Source: Octopus sinensis
Lineage: Eukaryota
DNA length: 64,000 bases
Assembly: GCF_006345805.1 (NCBI RefSeq)
Contig: NC_042998.1
Span: 117,924,001-117,988,000, forward strand
Direction: 5' to 3'
Shown here: piece by piece, positions 63,004 to 64,000 of the stretch
How the letters are laid out: every line of letters starts with the position of its first letter
Numbering within the stretch: the stretch's first letter is position 1
The notes under the pieces: generated by a model
What the model saw: the letters and a program-made list of their open reading frames with translations, nothing else
The model's database searches: none
Told to the model about the DNA's origin: nothing
Position numbers and translations under genes: made by a program

Positions 63004-63188
63004 GCAAAGATTATTCTGAACAGGTTATCACGTCGTCTCGACGAACAACAACCGAGGGAACAAGCAGGCTTCCGGAAGAACTACAGCATCAAAGCGAAAT
63101 CGACTACATCCTGGTTGATAAGCGACGTATATTACATGACGTCTCCGTCGTGACGCCATTCAACACCGGCAGCGATCATCGTCTGGTA
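63004..63188 (+). mobile_element. Inverted RTE fragments (RT piece, then APE piece)
   Basis: AKIILNRLSRRLDEQQPREQAGFRKNYS (63004-63087) followed by SEIDYILVDK...FNTGSDHRLV (63093-63188). Confidence 0.8.
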
Positions 63189-63424
63189 TATATATATATA
63201 TATAAAATGGGACAAGAACGCAAAACACCCGGACAGCTAGGTGATACAAAAAGGGAAAAACCAACTCATCCAGATAGACGATACAAAGAAATCAAGGACG
63301 CGTTATTCGAATCTCTCCATCCTCAGTCAAGAACCGGATCATCCTCGCAATTTCGGCTGATTAACCTTGAGATTACTCCAATCGGGCCAGCCCCAAGGAA
63401 AAACTAAGTTAAGAGCATATATAT

Positions 63425-63534
<110 letters not shown>

Positions 63535-63613
63535 TTTATAGAAAAATCAAAGTGGAAATTAGGTGTAAGAACAACAAGCAAGTATAATATCTTTTGACTC
63601 GGAAACGGAAAAG

Positions 63614-63650
63614 TCTTTTACATTTCGAGTCTACGCTCTTCGACAGAAAA
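63614..63650 (-). ncRNA. Minimal hammerhead-like motif with variant core
   Basis: TTT-CTGTCGA-A-GAG-CGTAGA-CTC-GAAAT-GTA-AAAG. Confidence 0.35.
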
Positions 63651-64000
63651 AAAAGAGGAAATAAATAATGAACAAAAAGGTGTTTAGTTCAGTGGCCTAA
63701 CGTAGCAATTGATTGGGAAAAAAGACTTTAAATGAAACGGAGACAACAATAAAGAGAGGTTGAATGAAGGGGAGATAATTCATGGTGATACCACAAAGAG
63801 AAGGTGCCTATACGCATGCGTATGTGAAATTGGTGTGTGTGAGTGTGTAAGTATGTATATGTGAATGGGGTAAGTGAGTGTGACGTGTGTGTCTGTGCAT
63901 GTGCGCGTGTGTATTATGTGTGTGCCTGTGTAAGGTGTGAGTGTGCGTATATAACATATGTGAGTGCGTGTGTGTAATGTGTGTGTGCGTGTGTAAAGTA

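Overview
AT-rich, microsatellite-dense eukaryotic DNA. The SINE families and (TA)n/(CA)n/(TAA)n load suggest a cephalopod (octopus-like) genome, which is an inference. The window is almost all transposon debris, apparently intergenic or intronic: mariner and maT remnants, Helitrons, many R4/Dong-type RLE LINE pieces tied to (TAA)n, CR1-like and RTE LINE fragments, Penelope-like (PLE) fragments, several tRNA-derived SINE families and a dead RPL27a retrocopy. No host gene is confidently identified; two weak candidate exons are flagged. The stand-out structure is at 37,952-43,255. One tRNA-derived SINE is split between its A and B boxes by two head-to-tail, diverged, RT-less retroelements. Each has an intact Tx1/L1-type ORF1 (RRM-like region plus CCHC knuckle), a second small ORF of unknown function, tandem 5' UTR repeats and a conserved 3' stem-loop with AATAAA. 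The same ~12-15 bp target motif sits at all three junctions. The window also holds about ten hammerhead-ribozyme-like motifs from at least four repeat families, including a tRNA-headed SINE with a hammerhead tail. All alignments, identities and folds were done by eye.
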